DNA of 63,637 nucleotides, filler included. It is 6 parts of 6 records of this genome, joined end to end, with 100 filler letters (N's around TTAATTAATTAA, not from the genome) between each part and the next. Parts side by side here need not be neighbours in the genome. Positions count along the whole stretch, not along the records: positions 58,128 to 63,637 come from SRR31156797_22558; 5 more parts are not named here. The stretch is one strand, 5' to 3'. A program made the translations under genes and the position numbers. Each line of letters opens with the position of its first letter. Positions within the stretch are counted from its first letter, which is position 1. Under the pieces are notes generated by a model. It saw nothing but the letters and a program-made list of their open reading frames with translations. It ran no database searches and was not told the origin of the DNA. Positions 58,647 to 63,637 of this stretch are shown here, piece after piece.

Positions 58647-59951
58647 ATGACAGAGTACTGGAACCCATTGGTTGAAAGGATGCCAGTTGATGAACTGGAG
58701 AAGATGCAGGAAAGAAAACTTAGAAATCTTGTAGACTATGTCTACAATCACTCTGATTTCTACAGGAAAAAATTTGATGATGCAGGCGTTAGTCCACAGG
58801 ATATACGGACACTGGATGACCTGAAAAAATTACCTTTTACCTACAAATCTGACCTGAGAGACACCTATCCCACAGGGATGTTCTGTGTACCCAATGAACA
58901 GCTTGTTCGTTTTCATGTATCCTCCGGGACAACAGGAAAACCTACAGTTGTAGGATACACAAAGAACGATATCCATGAGTGGAACACTTCCCTTGCAAGG
59001 GCAATGACATCAATTGGTATTGGACGTGGTGATATCATCCAGGTAAGTTATGGATATGGTCTTTTCACCGGTGGTCTGGGACTTCACTACGGTGCTGAGG
59101 AACTTGGCTCCACGGTCCTTCCCACAAGCTCAGGTAACACGGAAAAGCAGCTTGAGCTTATGCAGGATCTGGGCAGCAGTGTAATTGCCTGTACGCCATC
59201 CTATTTTCTCTTCATGAGTGAAGTTGCAGAGCAGAATGGTATCAGCATTCAGAATGACACAAAGCTTAAGGCAGGAATATTCGGTGCTGAACCCTGGTCC
59301 GAGGAAATGAGGGTTAGGATAGAGGAAGCAACCGGTATCAAAGCCTATGACATCTATGGTACTTCAGAACTCAGTGGTCCCCTCTGCACGGAATGCCAGT
59401 ACCAGGATGGTATACACATATGGGCAGACCAATTCCTGATAGAGGTAATTGATCCTGAGACTGGAGAACAGCTTGGTGACGGTGAGCGCGGAGAACTTGT
59501 TATTACTACACTTGCAAAGGAAGCACTTCCACTTGTTAGATATCGCATTGGTGATATCACCATCATCAACAAGGAACCATGCAAATGCGGACGTACACAC
59601 CCACGTATCATGAGAGTACTGGGTCGTGCAGATGACATGCTCATTGTTCGTGGTATCAACGTATTCCCCGGACAGGTGGAATCCGTGCTTATGACCATTC
59701 CTGAGGTCGGAGAACATTTCATGATCATTGTGGACAGGGTGAATGAACTCGATACCATGACCATACAGATCGAGATGACAGATGCGGCATTCAGTGATAA
59801 AGTCAATGATATCATTACTCTGGAGAAGAAGGTACAGACCGAATTGAAGCATGTACTTAACCTTGCAGTTAAGGTCGAACTGGTGGAAAAGGGAACTATC
59901 CCAAGATCCATGGGTAAGGCAAAGAAAGTGACGGACAACAGAAAGCTATAA
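58647..59951 (+). CDS. paaK: Phenylacetate-CoA ligase family protein
   Basis: SSGTTGKPT, YGLFTGGLG, GAEPWSE, YGTSE, RYRIGD, GRADDML. Confidence 0.9.
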   Translation: MTEYWNPLVERMPVDELEKMQERKLRNLVDYVYNHSDFYRKKFDDAGVSPQDIRTLDDLKKLPFTYKSDLRDTYPTGMFCVPNEQLVRFHVSSGTTGKPTVVGYTKNDIHEWNTSLARAMTSIGIGRGDIIQVSYGYGLFTGGLGLHYGAEELGSTVLPTSSGNTEKQLELMQDLGSSVIACTPSYFLFMSEVAEQNGISIQNDTKLKAGIFGAEPWSEEMRVRIEEATGIKAYDIYGTSELSGPLCTECQYQDGIHIWADQFLIEVIDPETGEQLGDGERGELVITTLAKEALPLVRYRIGDITIINKEPCKCGRTHPRIMRVLGRADDMLIVRGINVFPGQVESVLMTIPEVGEHFMIIVDRVNELDTMTIQIEMTDAAFSDKVNDIITLEKKVQTELKHVLNLAVKVELVEKGTIPRSMGKAKKVTDNRKL

Positions 59952-60006
59952 TATTCTACAGGACATAACTTTCTATAGAATTTCAAGAAACCCGTAGGTG
60001 TTTATC

Positions 60007-60444
60007 ATGGAAGAGAAGATAATCAAACAGATATCCCTTTTTGCCGAAAATAAGCCCGGTCGTCTTGCTAATATTGCAGAGAACTTCAGGAAAGCCGGTA
60101 TCAATATCAGGGCTTTCACCATAGCTGAAGCAGGAGACTTCGGTATCATCAGGATGGTGGTTGACAGGCCGGATGTTGCACATGAGGTACTTCATGATGC
60201 CGGATTCACAGTGTCCGAAACCAGTGTACTTGGTATTGAGATGGAGGATGTTCCCGGTGGACTCGGAAAAATTGCCGATGTGCTTGGTGATAAAGACATC
60301 AATATCGACTATGCCTATGCTTTTGTCACAAAGACTGAAAAGGCACTTCTAATTCTCAGGGTGAGTGACACAGAAGCATCCATCAGGATCATGCAGGATG
60401 CAGGCATCAAGCTGATCGATATGGCAGATATTCAGGAGATATGA
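60007..60444 (+). CDS. Tandem ACT-domain protein
   Basis: QISLFAENKPGRL, GINIRA, DVPGGL, INIDYAYAF; ATG 60007 after AGGTG. Confidence 0.9.
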   Translation: MEEKIIKQISLFAENKPGRLANIAENFRKAGINIRAFTIAEAGDFGIIRMVVDRPDVAHEVLHDAGFTVSETSVLGIEMEDVPGGLGKIADVLGDKDINIDYAYAFVTKTEKALLILRVSDTEASIRIMQDAGIKLIDMADIQEI

Positions 60445-60589
60445 TCTAAAGTCATCTCTCTTATTTTTCAATATTTATATTTTTTGTACTGTCCTGTTTC
60501 CTATATCTCATTTTTCCTTCCGGTTCTTATTGCTGTTATTTAATGTCAACCACTATTTTTTTATACTACTTCCTGTCTTTCCCATTGAA

Positions 60590-60937
60590 ATGACTGATAC
60601 TACCGGCAATAAAGAAATTAGCAAACCACAGTCTAAACTGGGTGGTTCCCATAGCACAATAATAGGTGGCAGGAATGGCAAAAAGGTAGTATCGTTAGTA
60701 AGCCGGCATCCTGATTTGAAAAAGATCATCCCTTCTGTGATCAAAGTTAAGGGCAGGGGTAATTCAGGAGGAATGCTAAATGCCAGGGTATTGAGACCTG
60801 ATGAAAGGGGAAACCTCAGGCTGCTTATCTCGCATGGTACATCCTTTCAGGAATTGCGTCTTGTAACCACGGTAGGCAGTTTTTCGGATGGCGAGCGTAT
60901 CATGGAAGAACTGAATTCATTATTATCAGACTTATAA
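60590..60937 (+). CDS. DUF2103-like protein
   Basis: KLGGSHSTIIGGR, KKIIP, GNLRLL...QE; ATG 60590 preferred. Confidence 0.7.
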   Translation: MTDTTGNKEISKPQSKLGGSHSTIIGGRNGKKVVSLVSRHPDLKKIIPSVIKVKGRGNSGGMLNARVLRPDERGNLRLLISHGTSFQELRLVTTVGSFSDGERIMEELNSLLSDL

Positions 60938-60971
60938 TACTTATTAGGATATCAGACCAAGGTGGAATATT

Positions 60972-61952
60972 ATGTTCGTCGGAATCGATCACGGTACTAC
61001 TGCAATGCGTTTTGCTGCACTTTTTCCAAATAGGGATGTGTTGAGACTTGAGATTCCCCGGACAGAAGCTGCCGACATGACCGAGTCCCAGTTGGTAGCA
61101 TCCATGGAGGAGGCTTTTGATGTAAAGCATGAGGATATCTCTCTCATGGCAGTGACATATTCAATGGGTGATGGTATCCGGGATATTGAGGACATAAAGA
61201 TAGTGAAAAACCGTGGTGTCAGAAGCATAGAGGGGATAGGTAAAAAAACCGGAGGAGGGAGTCGCGTGTTCGACGCTGTAAAAGCTTCAGGCATCCCTGC
61301 TGTGGTAATACCCGGCATCCACAACAAGAGTGATACTGATGTCCGGCTTAATGTTTTCTCACATTCCACCAGCCCGGAAAAGATAGGAATAGCATATCAT
61401 GCCTACTCTCTTGGACTAAGGGATTTCATCCTTTCAGATATAAGTTCCAACACCGTTACAGTGGGTGTTGCAGCAGGAAAGCTCATCGGTGCCATAGATG
61501 CCTGCATTTTTGCTCCTGGTCTGCAGCACGGACCACTAGATGTCCGGGCATTGAGGGAAGTAGATGCCGGAAAGATAAGCGCAAACGAGGCATTCGTCCG
61601 CTCAGGTGTTCTCAAGAACACTCCTTTCTCGAGCAGGCACGACCTCCTTGAAGCAGCCGAAAAAGATGATTCTCAGGCAATACTTGCTCTGGACAGTATT
61701 GCACTCTTTGCAGCCATGGAGATTGCAGGCATGCAGCTTCTGATGAAAGACTATGGCTCAGAAAGCGAGATCGTTATAGAAGGCTCAGTTGGTGAGATAC
61801 CTTATGTGGTAGAAAAGATTGAGAGGCACCTTGGTATGAAGACTCACGTGCTGGGCAGGTGGAGTGCCGCTGTAGGTTGTGCCGAGATTGCGCGCGATAT
61901 CCATAATGGTTCAAAGGAAATTCTCGGGCTTGGGGTGAACTTAGCCCATTAA
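60972..61952 (+). CDS. Methanogenesis marker 12-like protein (UPF0285, ASKHA fold)
   Basis: MFVGIDHGTTAMRF, TYSMGDG, GGG, IPGIH, SDISSNTV, DACIFAPG. Confidence 0.8.
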   Translation: MFVGIDHGTTAMRFAALFPNRDVLRLEIPRTEAADMTESQLVASMEEAFDVKHEDISLMAVTYSMGDGIRDIEDIKIVKNRGVRSIEGIGKKTGGGSRVFDAVKASGIPAVVIPGIHNKSDTDVRLNVFSHSTSPEKIGIAYHAYSLGLRDFILSDISSNTVTVGVAAGKLIGAIDACIFAPGLQHGPLDVRALREVDAGKISANEAFVRSGVLKNTPFSSRHDLLEAAEKDDSQAILALDSIALFAAMEIAGMQLLMKDYGSESEIVIEGSVGEIPYVVEKIERHLGMKTHVLGRWSAAVGCAEIARDIHNGSKEILGLGVNLAH

Positions 61953-62045
61953 TTATGTGATACGTGTTTGACATTTCAAATTTGAAATTATAAATATAAA
62001 ACTATATATTTCAAACACTAAATTTGAAACTTCAAATAGTGGAAG

Positions 62046-63587
62046 TTAGAACTTGATGCATTTGCCTTCGAGATAGATAACAGAAACACCTTTTGTCCCT
62101 ACCTTCTTTTCTATTAGTTTCCTTAACACATCCTGCGTCTTTGCAGTTCCTTTGGAACTGATACTTTTATCGACATCAATAATTGTTGTGTCAGGTACCA
62201 GTGTCCTTACAACATCCTGCAGATCAGGTGTACCCTGTCCTCCGGTCATTGCAGCTATTTCGTTCTGAAGTATTATCACAAGAAGATCAAAGTCGCCGTC
62301 CACTGCATTTATGAGTCCGACAATACCTGAGTGTGCAAGCCCAAAATCCCCGATGACTGCTATTCCTTTTCCGGGGAAACCGCAAGCTGTAGATATTGCA
62401 CCACCGAGTGCAAATCCTGTGTCAACAGCATTTAGAGGATCTGGCGCGGTACGTATGGAACAACCCATATCCCCTGCAACCGGTTTGATATCATGCAGAA
62501 CGTGATACAGTGGCATGAACGGACAATCATTGCAGATCGGTCTTGAACCTCTGGTCACGATTGTCTGAATATCAGTGTACTTTGACACTTCATCCTTGTC
62601 GATGTTCTCAAGTGCGAATTCCACATGTTCCTTTTCCATCATTCCAACAGGCAGATGCCCGGTACGCTTTCCAAGGATGTTGTTACATGTGCTGATATGT
62701 GACTCTATGAAAGCCTCACTTTCTTCTATCACAATTATACGTTCATGTCCGTCTATGAATTTCCTGACAAGCTTGTCCGGGAAAGGGGATACCAGACACA
62801 GTGCAAGATGTGAATAATTTGAATATACCAGCTGTGTGGATAGCAGATCATCCACAATCGCTGATGGATATCCTGATGATATTATTCCTACATTCGCTCT
62901 GTTGATAGTCCTGCGGTTGAGATGTGAACTTTCAGCTTCACGCTTCAATATTGGTTCAGACTCAATATGGAAACGTTGATGCTTTCCATGCATGGTCAGT
63001 TTCCATATGTTCCTGTCAAAGCCTCTTTCAGAATCTCCAGCGACCTTGCTGGTGTTTGATCTGGAAACATATTGCTCGTCCTTTTCCAGACGATCTGTTA
63101 TTCTCATTATGACCGGAACTTTTGCTTCTTCTGACAGTTCAAATGCCCTGCTCAAAGAATCATAGGTCTCCTGGGGAGTTGAAGGATCAAAGACAGCAGT
63201 CTCTGAGATAGATCCGTAGAAGCGGGAATCCTGCTCGTTCTGGGATGCTTTTGCTCCGGGATCATCGCCTGCAAGTATAACGAGTCCTACACCTGTGGTG
63301 TGCATCATCGCAGTCATGAGCGGATCTGAAAGCACGTTCATGCCAACGTGCTTCACCATTACTATGGACCTCTGTCCGGTAACCGATGCTCCCAACGCAG
63401 CCTCCATTGCTGATTTCTCATTGGTGAACCAGTGGATGCCATAGTCATTAACATCCTTTTTCTCAAAAAAATAGTCTGCTACAGCAGTCATGGGATATCC
63501 GGCAACAGCAGTAATGAACCTTACATTGCTGTCAATGGCTGCGAAGTATATCGCCTCAAGGCCGGTTATATCCTCATTACCTGTCAT
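62046..63587 (-). CDS. iorA: Indolepyruvate:ferredoxin oxidoreductase alpha-like TPP protein (short form)
   Basis: AGYP, NEKSAME, KHVGMNV...DP, DDP...SQNEQDSR, ICNDCP, GDMGC, TPP motif IGD...N...AMTGGQ. Confidence 0.8.
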   Translation of the reverse strand: MTGNEDITGLEAIYFAAIDSNVRFITAVAGYPMTAVADYFFEKKDVNDYGIHWFTNEKSAMEAALGASVTGQRSIVMVKHVGMNVLSDPLMTAMMHTTGVGLVILAGDDPGAKASQNEQDSRFYGSISETAVFDPSTPQETYDSLSRAFELSEEAKVPVIMRITDRLEKDEQYVSRSNTSKVAGDSERGFDRNIWKLTMHGKHQRFHIESEPILKREAESSHLNRRTINRANVGIISSGYPSAIVDDLLSTQLVYSNYSHLALCLVSPFPDKLVRKFIDGHERIIVIEESEAFIESHISTCNNILGKRTGHLPVGMMEKEHVEFALENIDKDEVSKYTDIQTIVTRGSRPICNDCPFMPLYHVLHDIKPVAGDMGCSIRTAPDPLNAVDTGFALGGAISTACGFPGKGIAVIGDFGLAHSGIVGLINAVDGDFDLLVIILQNEIAAMTGGQGTPDLQDVVRTLVPDTTIIDVDKSISSKGTAKTQDVLRKLIEKKVGTKGVSVIYLEGKCIKF

Positions 63588-63637
63588 TTCTTTGCAGACT
63601 TGTAGTTATTATTCTAATTTTGCGTTCAGTTTTACAG

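Noticed and set aside
61970-62040. TTTCAAA/TTTGAAA palindromes between convergent genes
   Set aside because: AT-only and low complexity; probably a termination region with no further support.

Overview
This window is not one genome. It is six contigs joined by five artificial 100-bp spacers (N44-TTAATTAATTAA-N44), so no gene linkage can be read across spacers; taxon calls below are inferred from gene content and sequence style. (1) 1-19740, anaerobic Bacteroidota-like housekeeping DNA: hydE, ADP-forming acyl-CoA ligase, flavodoxin, sigma-70, rpe, tmRNA, vWA protein, ABC-F, Crp/Fnr, yigZ and a large propeller-SpoIIE sensor. (2) 19841-30208, Campylobacterota-like: a substrate-binding protein plus PAS kinase, then an AT-rich putative integrative mobilizable element with an interrupted tyrosine integrase, a MOB_V relaxase with oriT-like hairpins, an ArsR-permease-SHOCT cassette, a cysteine-less TlpA-like fusion and an excisionase-like gene. 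(3) 30309-42221, Desulfobacterota-like: a defence operon of hsdR-hsdM-hsdS, a Schlafen/AlbA_2 protein, an ABC/AAA ATPase and an HNH-like nuclease, downstream of recB/yccF. (4) 42322-52379 and (6) 58128-63637, Methanosarcinales-like: two paaK paralogues, methanogenesis markers 8 and 12, iorA-like gene, PAS kinase and surface proteins. (5) 52480-58027, one 1828-aa Bacteroidota T9SS-secreted repeat protein. The best candidate for an undescribed system is the contig-3 operon. HsdM and HsdS both carry extra domains, and the ATPase is one 534-codon reading frame broken by a single in-frame TAG between its signature motif and Walker B.
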